Counted from the first letter of the whole stretch, positions 13,280 to 25,589 are shown. The stretch: DNA of 60,443 nucleotides, filler included, from Dugesia japonica (GCA_001938525.1; 6 parts of 6 records of this genome joined end to end with filler, not necessarily neighbours in it); one strand, 5' to 3'. Notes: generated from the sequence alone by a model not told the origin. Numbers and translations are program-made.

Positions 13280-15752
13280 GCATGATACGCCTTGTTAGCC
13301 TCTGCTATACTTTCTGCAGTTTCAATATATAAATATTTATTAATAACAATTAAGTTTAGTAAAATATTTATTGTAATAAAATAGCAATATTAACACAATT
13401 AACTGTTTTAATTATTTTCGTCTTTTTAATTGAAATTTTTTCAATTATTATTAAATCAAATTTTTATGAAACTTTTCATAAAATGTTTATGTAAAATATT
13501 AAAACATACGGGAATCCTCCTTCTTTAAGAAATTTCAACTTTTCCACATTTCTGTATAATACTTTTCCTTGCTTGTCTTCTAGCTCGTACCTTCTTTCAT
13601 GGATCTTTTTCGTTAACACGGATGTGCCATCGTATCTTATCTTGTCCTTTGACCGTACTTCGTTTTTCACCAATACATTCTGAAAACTCTGCGGGTTGTG
13701 TATAATTCTCCACTGATCAATTTCTCTTCTACGTCTTCATAAGCGATCCATCTTTCTCTTTGAATCTTCCTGTCATACACCATTGCTGTTGGGCTAGTTT
13801 TAATCGTCTTTTGATATGTGGCGTTCATCATGAACCCTAATTCTGAAATTTTTGTCCCAATTTGCTTTTCCAGATGCATTTATGCAGTCTCTGATGGTTT
13901 TGAACTGTCTCTCAACCAAGTCATTTGTCCCGTGGTGATATGGGCACGAATAACATCAATTTTCATCAATTTAAGCAAAATACAGCATTTTTACCCAAAA
14001 TAAAGATTTCAAAAAATTATGACGTCATAACCAACTGTAAGAAAAATTTCAAATAAATCTTATAAAACCTGATAATTAATTTTCTTTCCACACATACCAA
14101 CTTTCTCCTCCTGAAAAAAATTTAACACACTTATACTTCTTAAAATAAACCAATCAAAGTCAAGCCTTTAAAAGAATAAATCAAAGCACATTCGACAACC
14201 ACCACCTTCCCCATCACATTAGCTTTCCAACCACTCATGAGCCAACAAATTCCATTAACCACATACAAACCTACAGCCTCCTTAAAAACAACCCACGAAA
14301 ACTCATACGACTGTACCCGTGCGCTACTAACCTTGTAGCGAAAACCATCCATCCAAACGCAAAAGTTGTTTAGACAATATATAGACCAAATTTTTGTCCA
14401 ACCACAACCAAATCTTTAAAACTACAAAGAAAAATTTTCCAAGATCTCCAGCTCCTCCTCCTCATTTTTCCACTCTTACACACACAACCACACACACAAC
14501 TACACACACAACTACACACACACAAACTCAACTTGACCTACTTTTTAAAAACCACTTTAGAAACCCAAAAAAAAGTAGAAATCAAAAAAAATTTTGATCC
14601 CAAAAATCTTTGGAAAAAACCCAGCACAAAAATCTTGTCAAGAAAATGCAGCTCAAGCGTAATGTGTTATCAAGCCATCCCCAGGTGTAGGAGGAAGGGT
14701 GAAGTGGGTGCGNNNNNNNNNNNNNNNNNNNNNNNNNNNNNNNNNNNNNNNNNNNNNNNNNNNNNNNNNNNNNNNNNNNNNGCATTTTATCTTCGTGCAT
14801 AAACGCCTTATGTTGGATCCTTATCCGAAACATTTTTTATGGGAGTCGATGGGCAGTCTTTTCTTATATGCCCTGGCTTATTACAACCGTAACATAATAT
14901 CTCTTTTTGTTTTTTATCCATACGTTTGGATTTCTGCTTGTCTGGTAATCCTCTCGTCATTTGAAATTATTGTATTGATTGTTATTGTTCATTAGGGCTC
15001 CTCTGTAACTGACACGGATTGCATTTATTGACTCTTTATCCTCAATTCTATTAATGCTTCGTAAAAGCGTAATAATGCCGTCCGAATCTTTAATGTTTTG
15101 GATTGCTACATCTTTCTTAATTTCACCGCTATTACAACAATGCATAAGAAGTTCTTTCCTCATTTCTTNCTTATCGTTGTGTGCCATTAGTAACTCAACC
15201 ATCTTGTCAATTTCTTCAACAAAACTGTCAACATCCTTTTGTTGTCGTCTGTATGACAATACGCTTTCAATATGCTTTACAAATGACTTTTCCTTGACGA
15301 ATAAACGTCTTAGTATATCTTCGTAACCATGTCTATCATCGGTTTTTTCGAATCTTCTCCTCAATTTATCATCAAGTAGACTTACAATTACAGTTCTCTG
15401 GTACTTTTGAATACGTTTGCTGCATCAAAATACTTTCGGCATTCGATTATAAACTGCTCAACGTCATCTCCTTTATGATATGTTTTTGGCCTCAAAGCTT
15501 GTACAAGCAAGTCCTTTGTCGCCCTTGCGTGGAACGCCATGTTGGCCGCTGCTATACTTTTTGAAGTTTCCATCTATAAATATTTATTAATAAGTTACAA
15601 TTAAGTCTAGTGAAAAATTTATTCTAATAAAATAGCAATATTAAAACAATTAATTGTTTTAATTATTTTCATTTTTTTTGAAATTTTTTCAGTTATTATT
15701 ATATAAAATTTTTATGAAGATTTTCATAAAAGTTTTATGTATAATCCTAACA
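13280..15752 (-). mobile_element. Internally deleted Gypsy/Ty3 LTR retrotransposon with two diverged LTR-like repeats (about 13280-13506 and 15527-15752)
   Basis: gag spans 15573 to about 14780 with zinc knuckle CYGCNKPGHIRKDC. The integrase C-terminal part spans 13950-13520 (FMMNATYQKTIKTSP). A purine tract aaagaaggagga precedes the 3' repeat. The flanking direct repeats are about 220 bp and begin with TG. Confidence 0.8.
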
Positions 15753-15859
15753 CACTTTATGATTTAGGTCAAATATACTTAATAAACTAAAAAGCACTCA
15801 AAAATCTAAATAAACCATATAGTATAATAAACTCATAAAGCTAATACAATGTATCTACT

Positions 15860-16290
15860 AATCTAATCATCATAGTCACTTAATTGAAGATGCTTACTTC
15901 ATTAAATACAAATGATTGTTGCGTGATTTTTAATAAACTTACGATAATAATTTGTCAATCCCAAAAATATTCGAATTTGGGTTGCACATTTTGGAATAAC
16001 AGCCTCTTTTACTTTATTAATAATGTCATCATTTGTTTTAACACCCTTAGAACTGATTGTTTGGCTAAGTAATTTGAGTTTTGATACACAAAATATAAAT
16101 TTTCAGGATTAATTTTGAGACCAGATTGCTTAATTAGTTCCAACACATTTTTGAAATTTTTATCTTGAATTTCTTGTGTCCGGCCAAAAATTAAAATATC
16201 ATCAAAATAAACCAGTAAATAACATCTTGATCAAAATTTAATGCATTAATTCTTGAAATGTTACAGGATCAGTGCATAATCCAAACGACG
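15860..16290 (-). pseudogene. Gypsy reverse transcriptase fragment
   Basis: FGLCTDPVTFQELM..VYFDDILIFG..GLKINPE..FLG motifs with frameshifts; truncated at about 16290. Confidence 0.8.
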
Positions 16291-16292
16291 TG

Positions 16293-17717
16293 AGTAAGTA
16301 GATAGTATCGCACTAGACCACTAAGAAATATTAGTCGCTTATAAACTACTTACAAAAAGTAAATAGCTAAATTAAATTAAATAATGATTATGAAAAATTT
16401 GTATGACTCATCATTTTTTGTAACAAAGACCATGACTCATTATGACGAGTCATCGGTCTTGTAGAACAAAGACAATGATTCATCAGATGAGTCATACTTT
16501 TTTCAAAAAAATTTCTAAATCAGAACAAAGACCCCCCTAACAAAGAAAAGTATATAACAAAGAAAAATTTTTCTAGATCATGAGTCATACTTTTTTTCAA
16601 AAGTTAGAACAAAGACTCTACCCCTCGACGAAGAAAATTATAAATCAAAGATTTTTTTTATAATTTTTTTTTGAAAAAATATAGAACAAAGAAAAAATTT
16701 TCTAGATCATGAGTCATACTTTTTTTCAAAATATTTTCTAAGTCGAAACAATTTTGTTAAATTTATTTTCTGAAATTTTTTTTTGTATTTTTTTTTAAAT
16801 TCTTTTTTTTTAATTCTTTTTTTTTTCATTTTTTTTGAAACATTGAAAAAGACAAAGTCTGTTTAAGTTAACATTTATTATAAAAAGTCTTAAAAGATAA
16901 ATATATTTATTTCTTTTAAAGAAATATTACAACAGAACGGATGTTAATATTGTCATTGTAGCATATTTGATTCTTCTTTGTTGTTCCAATTTATCCTTAA
17001 TTTTCTTTATTAATACTAATCGGACAATAATTTCAACATAGTCATGTTTACTCATTGGACCACTATCAAGTTCTGTTAGGATTTGAAAATCTTCAACGTT
17101 TCCACTTTTAATCGAATCTGTCAATTTTTTAATTTCTTTTCTAAATAGTTCATGTTTAGAAGAATTTTTAATTGTAAAACAGATTTATTTTACGAAAACT
17201 ACTGCTTTTATACTTGCTAAGCTACATACATACAGGTTATTTTGACAGTTTCCTCTAGTTTTAGAAGGAAAACATTGATTATAATTCATTTTAATTTTAT
17301 ATGATTGGTTGTAAATCAAATAAAATAATATGATTTGCTATTAAAAGTGTGTGTCATTTCTGTCCAAGATATACAAAAGCAATGCAATATTATTGCAAGT
17401 ATGGAATATAATTTTTTTGACAAAGAAAGAAAAACAAGTAGTCAGTATAAATTAATATTTATTAAAGACAATAACGCGAATTATTTTAAAAAGTCTAATA
17501 TTATTTCTTTCATGATTGTGTACAGACATAGATCTTTACCATTTTCGTTTTCTAAATAGAATTTGTTATCAAAAAAGAATAAAACATCCTCCATATCGAA
17601 GTATTTAGTATTTAAAACATAATTCCAGAAATTGTCTTCTCCGAATCGATAATATTTACTTTCTAATTTTGGATACATTTCATTTAGTATCCTTCTTGCA
17701 AGGTTTTAAAATAAATT
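16293..17717. mobile_element. Probable Polinton/Maverick terminal region with palindromic subterminal repeats and decayed small ORFs
   Basis: Starts agtaagtagatagt exactly where the Gypsy RT breaks. A TGA(C/G)TCA and AACAAAG repeat cluster spans 16400-16730. Short unassigned minus-strand ORFs lie at 16927-17678. Confidence 0.4.
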
Positions 17718-17817
17718 NNNNNNNNNNNNNNNNNNNNNNNNNNNNNNNNNNNNNNNNNNNNTTAATTAATTAANNNNNNNNNNNNNNNNNNNNNNNNNNN
17801 NNNNNNNNNNNNNNNNN
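17718..17817. other. Artificial scaffold linker
   Basis: 44N-TTAATTAATTAA-44N. Confidence 0.97.
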
Positions 17818-18130
17818 ACTATTGTCGAAAATTTGAACCTTTTTACAAATAAATTTTATTTTGATCGAAGCCTTTTCTCATTTTAATGAAATCTAAAATT
17901 AGAATGCTTGTTATTACTTGTGTTCTTGAAATAAATTGCTCTATTTTTGGTACTAATTGTTTTCCATTGTTGATTATTTCTACTCAACAAAGAGATTTTA
18001 TGATTCGTATTTTAAGACTATATGCAAATACTGTAAACTAATAATTTAAGGATGTTTGAATTTGATAAGTTGTATGTGAATACAATATTATATATTAAAT
18101 ATTTTATCAAAAATTTGAAACGTGTGTGTA

Positions 18131-18131
18131 A

Positions 18132-18174
<43 letters not shown>

Positions 18175-18708
18175 ATTATAATTATTATTATTATTATTAT
18201 TANNNNNNNNNNNNNNNNNNNNNNNNNNNNNNNNNNNNNNNNNNNNNNNNNNATTATTATTATTATTTTTGTTATTACAGACACGTTATATTAGTAATAT
18301 TGAAAATCAAACTATCTTTTAGTCGACATTAAATGTCCCATAGACTTTATAGATAATTTCAAGAAGGCTGATTTTAATAACCTACAGAATTATAATGAAT
18401 TATTATTAATGATTTAAAGGATACTATCAAAAAAAGGATGCTGTCGAGTTTTTAAATTTTTATTTGAATTAAAAATTAAATAATTATTTTTATTTTATTT
18501 AATTGATTATTTTTGTTTTAAATTTTATATGACAACTTATAATAATAAAGTAAAAATTTGGTTGAAAATTTTAATATTTAAAAAAGTATCACCAATTAAA
18601 ACATCGAATTCTAATTTGTTTGAATAAACAAATAGTATTGGAAATAGTTTAGTTTTGTGAATAAATATTTTGTGGAAATGAGTTTTGACATTAATAGTTA
18701 TTCTAACA

Positions 18709-18771
<63 letters not shown>

Positions 18772-18835
18772 NNNNNNNNNNNNNNNNNNNNNNNNNNNNN
18801 NNNNNNNNNNNNNNNNNNNNNATTATTATTATTAT
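18131..18835. repeat. Two (ATT)n microsatellites each followed by a near-identical ~190 bp sequence
   Basis: (att)n at 18131-18265 and 18709-18834, both running into gaps; 18253-18440 matches 18822-19012. Confidence 0.9.
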
Positions 18836-20299
18836 TTTTGTTATTACAGACACGTTATATTAGTAATATTGAAAATCAAACTATCTTTTAGTCGATATTA
18901 AATGTCCCATAGACTTTATAAATAATTTCAAGAAAGCTGATTTTAATAACCTTCAGAATTATAATGAATTATTATTAATGATACTATTAAAGGATACTAT
19001 CAAAAAAAGGATATATGCGGTCGAGTGTGGAAGTGGTTAGCACATATTAATGTGAGATGTGAATTTCCACATCTATGGCGATATTTTTCAAATTTTTAAG
19101 TAAACAATTGATTTTTATTGTTTTTTTGTGTAAATACTGAACTTTCACCATCTAAATGTTTTTTATGTGTGAACATTCATACTTTAATGTAAATAATGAA
19201 CTTTCAAACAATTTAGATCTAAGACTTTTAACAACTATTATATTTTTATGTATACTGTATTGCGCATCACAATATGAAGATATTGTTATCTTGTAAATAT
19301 TTTTAGCCGTGAATTTTCACACTGAATGAAATTAATTCACTTTCACTCCTTAGATCTAGATTTTACAAACCTATTATGTTCTCAATAATTACATTTATTT
19401 TTTTTGTAAACCTCCAAAAAAATGAAGAATGAAGTTTCAGACTTCAAGCGTCACCTTATTGATGAATCTTAATATTTTATTATTATTATTATTATTATCA
19501 TTATTTTAATTATATTATTATTTTTAATATGCAAGAATATGTAAAGATAATATTTTTTTTACAAGATGACACGTAATGTGCACACAGATTTAAACATTTT
19601 ATGTTAAACAATTTAAACATTTTTTTGATCAAAAATCAATTTCTAAATTATGGTTATCCAAAAATAATTATTTCTAAGTATTTATCCTCGAAAAGAAAAT
19701 TTAATAAAATCAAACAAAAACAAACACAGTAATTAAATTACCATTTATTGAATCTATCAAATAGTCATCATTCCTGAATGAAGCATTATATTTATAAATT
19801 TATTAAATCATTATCATTAATATCGATAAATTAATATCAATATTATCGATATTATCGAAATTATTATTTTTGAATTTCTTTACAAATACATTTTATTTTG
19901 ATCGAAGGTTTTTCTTTATTTTAATGAAATATTTTGTAAGCAATATAATTTCCATGATTTTAATATGGACAGGATATATTATCCGGTATACATAATTGAA
20001 GAAGCTCAGTTTAATTATAATTAACAATTCAAAGACTCGTGAAAATATGCATCAAATCAAATAATTATAATTCCATTATTTGATCTTTCACATAAAATAA
20101 TGCATCATTAGAAATTCATTGCAAGTCTTGGAATATTTGAATTGGATCAAACTTACAATCTTCATCAATCCACCTGAGTTGATAACTTCAGAGTAGTAAG
20201 TACTTATTAGTTGTTTGAGTAGGTTTTGACAAACTACCCATGAGTTAAGACATTGCAAACATGTAATGGACCGGTTGAAGAATATTATTCATATTCATT

Positions 20300-20585
20300 A
20301 TACGTAATTCTTTAATAAAATAGTTGACATTGTCATCCTGAAAAGCTTCACTGTCAATAAAAACACAGACATTTTCAATTATTTATTGATAATAACATTA
20401 ACATTGTTTATAATCACTGGTTTTTAAGCCGATCAATACAATATTGTCCATATAGAAATTTCAATCGACTCTGATACATGACTTGATTTTATTCGACACA
20501 ATACTGTATACGCTCCAATTTAGTGACCAGCAATGATGTATAAAATATACCCGTTGGATCAAATAGACGAATAATATATACCAGG
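20300..20585 (-). pseudogene. Polinton/adenovirus-type cysteine protease (adenain-like), C-terminal half
   Basis: A single frame reads IRLFDPTG..VE*NQVMYQSRLKFLYGQYCI, matching FD-x-x-G..N..Q..CG-x-YC with the catalytic Cys codon changed to TAT. A possible N-terminal piece lies at about 21700-21795, directly after the MCP stop. Confidence 0.7.
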
Positions 20586-20599
20586 ATACCTGATCAAAT

Positions 20600-21700
20600 T
20601 TTGAAGGTATTAAATACCACTATTAAAAGGTTAATACCATATTTTAATATTTCAATCTTTACTTTTTTATCAATTTTCTCATTAATATTTTTATCATTTA
20701 TCTTCTTTTCTCAATTTTGATCGCTTTATTTAATAATGATAATGATTGATTAATTAACATTTGTAACTTACTGATTTTTTATGTGGTTTTCTTGGTGAAA
20801 ATTATTAATTTAAATTAAATTTAAATATTAAAATTTTTATTAGTCATTTATAATTTTAATTTGTTTTTTAATAATCTAATTTAGCCCATGGAGAGTCCGA
20901 GAATAAAGTTTGTTCATCATTTAAAAATTGAGATGAAATAAAAAGGAGATTGTGTGAAATGTAAAAAGTGTGCACATATTATAAAAACCGGATGTGGCTT
21001 GAAAAATGGCCTCCATACACATTTAAAGACCAAACATAAAGTAAAATCACGAAAACGAGTTGATGTTGAACCTGTAGTTGGATCTAGTTCAAAATCTGAT
21101 AAGCGTTCTCCAAAAATTACAAAATTGTTTAGAAATATTAAGGACGACCCATTAGCAGCGATCCTAATTAGAATGATAGCACGTGAAATTTTTATAACAT
21201 CCGACGATCTTTGAAAATCACTGAAAGCCTTTAAGTTAAGTGATAAACTTCCAAAATCAGCCAACACCATACAGAAAATCGTCACTAATTATAGCAAAAC
21301 CATTCGTCAAGTATTAATTACTGAAACATTGGATTTAAAATTAAAAGGAAAGTGGTTAAGTATTACTTTAAGTATTACTTTCTCTAAGGAATCGTAGATA
21401 CATAAATGTGAATCTTCATTTGGAATCAAAAATTTTTAATTTCGGACTTTCCCTTATCAATATAAGTTTACCTGTAGTAAAATGTGTTTCAGTGTTAAAT
21501 GAAAAATTAAATCAGCGTGGCTTGTCCTTGGAGAAGAATTTGGTTTGTTTAACAAATGAAGATGACACAGTTATGCAGAAAGTAGGAAAATTAGTACCGA
21601 CTGCTCATTAATTGTGTTTGGTCCATGCATTATAACTAGGGAATGCAATGTATCATACAACTTGCGATCGTATATGTTCTTTATAAAAAAGATACAAATG
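20600..21700 (+). mobile_element. hAT transposon fragment with BED zinc finger
   Basis: CKKCAHII..GLHTHLKTKH (BED), LPKSANTIQKIV, RYINVNLH and CLVHAL (C-x-x-H) motifs; multiple stops. Confidence 0.8.
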
Positions 21701-21817
21701 AAGATAGAAACAGCAATCCGCATCAAAACACAGCTCATCAAGTGTGGGCAGATTAAATTATAGATTCAAAGGTCAGTGAGGTTGTATGTGACATACACAT
21801 ATGGATTGTTTATAAAA

Positions 21818-22700
21818 CTAATACTCTTTGATGTTAATTTGACATTCCGAATCAAAAACCCCATATGCACAAATTATCACTGAATCCATAGAGATTTTAT
21901 GGATTCGCACATCTAACTTGAGATTTCCGGTTTTTCGGCAATTGCGGTTGATAAACTACAAAATCTAGGGCCAATACAAAAGTGAAAAATGTATATAAGT
22001 CTTTTAATTCCTTCATTTTAGTACAATTGTTTCAAACATTTAACAGACCGATGTTACGAATAATAAATTGCACATATGCCTCAGTATAGTTGGTATCAAA
22101 GTCAGTAGTACATGTTTCTCGATAATCAAGGTTTCTTGCCAAGCATATTGACTTTACACCGAAATTTGAGAATATCGAAAAAAATAAGCCATAATCACTA
22201 CTTGCTGGTTTTGATGATTGGAAAGCAATCAAAACAAATCTTGGTAATTGTTCATCAGAAAAGTTATTATCTATGCATGTGAGTTTTTGTAATTGTAAAA
22301 TATACGATGTTTGTTTTTGAAAAGGGTAGATTGCAGTTTGATGTTCCGATCCTTGACGTTGTCCAATCATAACTAACTCATCAACAAACAAACACGGCGC
22401 ACCAAAGGTTTCGCTTCTATAATGTATGGCTATAGGTTTATATAAATTGTATCAGTATCCTTATTATATTTGTAAATTACCGAACCAACATTTCTTGTCA
22501 ATTTTATTGTCACAATAACTCCAGGTAGAAAATACTTTGGTTGATCAACAAAATAAAGAATAAAATCAATGCATAGCGTGAGCATTGAATACCTTTTAAT
22601 TTATCGTTTTATTTTATTATCTTCCTTGTGATAACCAATGGCTTCAAGAAATGTGGCCTTTGTATATGATCCAAAACTCAAAGCCACTTCTTCTCCTTAA
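21818..22700 (-). pseudogene. Polinton/adintovirus major capsid protein (double jelly-roll), disrupted
   Basis: Ordered motifs: EVALSFGSYTKATFLEAIGYHKED; DQPKYFLPGVIVTIKLTRN; IIEAKPLVRRV; IYPF..NNFSDEQLPRFVLIAF..FSNFGVKSICL..DFDTNYTEAY; GNLKLDVR; IICAYGVFDSECQIN. These match the Polinton PY/MCP consensus as I recall it. Confidence 0.8.
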
Positions 22701-22739
22701 TCTAATATTTTCGTAATCTTCGTATAAATAACAACAATT

Positions 22740-23214
22740 TATTAATTAATTAATATAATATTAATAAACTTTACCATTTCCTAATACATGTTGTACTTTT
22801 GACTATTTTGTTTCAATTTATTCTTATTGTTGTACACAAACTCATTATTCATGATAAATGTGTTAGTCCTTATACTACTAATGCGATTGGTAGTAATGCT
22901 GCTATATAGCCACTATTTTTTTCATACAGAACCTTTTCATTAATTTTTTGTATTTACAAGTCTTAACAGTAACATATTATGCTTTTCCAACGCTTGATTT
23001 TAATTTTTCTTAAAGTTACATAAACGATATTTACAATAATCTCAACTAAATCATCTCTAAAAAATGATAAAAATGACTGTAACATTCTCTTTCTCATCAC
23101 AGCTGTAGATTTTATCAATGTTGTAAAAAACGAAAGATTTTTTTCAAAATCCATTAATATTTTAATAAATACACTTTTTATTTTAATAAATAAATTGTTT
23201 ATCACTTTATTCAT
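22740..23214 (-). pseudogene. Small Polinton-type accessory protein remnant
   Basis: LVEIIVNIVY..SGYIAALLPIAL resembles the E-x-x-x-N..GGFL-x-x-LL small protein of Polinton morphogenesis clusters; it lies directly upstream of the MCP. Confidence 0.4.
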
Positions 23215-23954
23215 TTTTTAGTTTAAAACTTCTTTCCATACATTTTCGAGAGCATTTTGAATTAAAATTGTAACATTTTATGCTTAAATTACGATTAGCT
23301 ATGTACGAATTGTGACCTTCTGTGTGTAAATTGTTATTATATATTGTACATTGAGATATTAGTTTGTAATTTTTCAAGTTAAAATTGTATTTGTATAACA
23401 TAAATTAATATAGATTTATTGAAAATATTACTAAGTTTATAAGTAATTACATTAAAATTTATAGACTCGTGATAAAAATATAGACTAAGTTTAATAAGAT
23501 TGGTCAAATTTCCATTAATTTCTTTAATTTCTCTAAGTTTTATAAATTTCACAAAGTTTAGCAAAGGATTATAAAAATCCAGTAAATTTAACAAACATGT
23601 GGATATAGTAAGCTAATGGATACAGACGACAGATCATAAGCAGCAAACCAATGAATATATTATGTAAATAAGTAGTGTAAGCCCATGTGATTCAGTAAAA
23701 CCAATGGACTCAATGTAGTAAAGAATTATAATACCGGTATTAAAACAAGTATTCAAAGAAATTAATTAAATCACACTTTTTTCAAAAATGATTCATATTT
23801 TTATTGGTAATGTATAAAGATTTACATTTATTTATTTTGAAATATAAATTAATACAAATAATTCATTAAAATAATGATTAAATTAAACATAATTCATTTA
23901 AAATAAAAGCTTCGATTAACATTTTTTGTTTTATTTTTATTGATATTTGATAAC

Positions 23955-23988
23955 AATTCGATATTTCAACTTAGTCTTCTTCAGGAAA
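23955..23988 (-). ncRNA. Minimal type I hammerhead ribozyme in pLTR
   Basis: Minus strand UUC-CUGAAGA-A-GAC UAA GUU-GAAA-UA-UC-GAA. Confidence 0.75.
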
Positions 23989-25002
23989 TGACTTTTTAAT
24001 AAATTCAATATTTATTCTTATAATAGTAATTTTCTTTGGATAAATTTATTTGTAACTAATTCTTCTTTAGAAAAAATTTTAGAATTAGAAAACAATTTAA
24101 TTGAAAACATTAATTTCACTTTAGAGAAATCAATTGACTTTCAGATTCAATTTCTGGACACTTTAATCCAAATGAAACCTGCTGATATAATAACTACTCA
24201 ATGGTATATGAAAACATTTCACAGTGGACATAACCTTGGAGTAGTAATACGACCATCAGTCAAAAAATTGCTATAATTAAAGGTGAAAGAATACGAGCTG
24301 AGAGACTATCTTCAAATGAAGAAATGCAATTGACTTCTTTCAAGTTGATAAAAAATAAATTCTTAAATAACGGCTACCCAAATAAAATTATATCAAAATA
24401 TTTATCTTTAGATACAAATCGAAAAAAATCAAACCAAAACCAAACACAATTATTAAATTACTTTTTATTAATGAGAAATGTAGCCAAATCATGCAGAATA
24501 TAATAAAAAATGCTAAACTCAAACAGAATCCAAGAATTATTTTCAAAACACAAGCACCTTTATCATCAAATTACGGAAACCAAGACAAAATTTTGTGGTC
24601 CCAAATGCATTTGTGATGGTAGAAATATGTGCAATAAGAAAATTGTCACTTATAAAATAATATGCACTATTTGTTAATAAATATATTTAGATGAAACATG
24701 CAGAACCAACAGAACAAGAATTAAGGAACATTTAAAACAAAAGAAAGTAAAGTCTTCAAACACTTTCCACACAAGCATAAAATTTTACCAGAAAATCATT
24801 ACATTACATGGGAAACACTAGAAACTGGTTACATTTCTACACAAAATAGAAAAAACATGAAAAATTACTTATTAAAGAAAATAATCCTAAAATAAATGTA
24901 ATTTATAATAATTAAAAAATTGAACTTAAAATTAAAATTAATCAATTAAAATTTAGTAAAGAATCCAAAGAAAATTTATATTTTAAGAATAAATTAAAAC
25001 GT

Positions 25003-25039
25003 CAATTCATGAAGAAGACTAAGTCGAAATATCGAATTG
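25003..25039 (+). ncRNA. Hammerhead ribozyme in 3' pLTR with a core C3-to-A substitution
   Basis: CAAUUC-AUGAAGA-A-GAC UAA GUC-GAAA-UA-UC-GAAUUG. Confidence 0.65.
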
Positions 25040-25259
25040 TTATCAAATATCAATAAAAATAAAACAGTTTAATTGAAGCTTTTATTTTAAATGAATTCTG
25101 TAAAACGATCAATGGATATGTACAACTATTATTCTCTCAATAATTGCAATTGTAAAATAAACATAATGAACTTAAAAATCATAATTCATTAAAATATATT
25201 TCAATAAAAATTTTGTTGGTCTATTTTGTAATATACTTATCAAATCGTTATTTATCTTC

Positions 25260-25560
25260 TTTGAAATACCCTCTTAAAAACAAAGAGCATCCAAAGTTCT
25301 GTCATCCATTCTGCATCACAACTTATTTAAAATTACACCGGCCGCAGAAACGCTCTTTCGAATTCAACACTGTTTGTGTGAACCGTTAAGAAGTTCGTTT
25401 AACCTGTTGGAGGTATTTTCTTTTATTTTCAAACTGGCGCATTTCTTTTTTTAGAAAATTGTTTGGATCCCCTCCACGTTCTGATACTTTTCCGACTTTA
25501 AAATATTTTGTTTCAAAATGGAAGCGTCTAACTGCTTCAATAATAAATTTTCAGACTTTT
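25260..25560 (-). pseudogene. hAT transposase C-terminal dimerisation domain fragment
   Basis: KKEMRQFE..TNSVEFERAF/SAAGVILNKL*CRMDDRTLDAL, with a frameshift. Confidence 0.8.
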
Positions 25561-25589
25561 CTGTTGTTTCATCAATATATTATTTTGAG

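Larger units (their letters stand above)
23893..25160 (+). mobile_element. 5'-truncated Penelope-like element (RT C-terminus + GIY-YIG) with inverted pLTRs
   Basis: FTLE..QFLDTLI, QWYMKTFHSG, NNGYP, Cys-rich linker CGPKCICDGRNMC, VTYKIICTIC**IYLDETCR..RIKEH. 23893-23995 is the inverted copy of 25001-25095. Confidence 0.9.

Noticed and set aside
16400-16730. CRISPR-like array
   Set aside because: Eukaryotic context, irregular spacing, no unique spacers and no cas genes.
18018-18891. Poly-Ile and poly-Tyr ORFs
   Set aside because: They are translations of (ATT)n microsatellites and N gaps.
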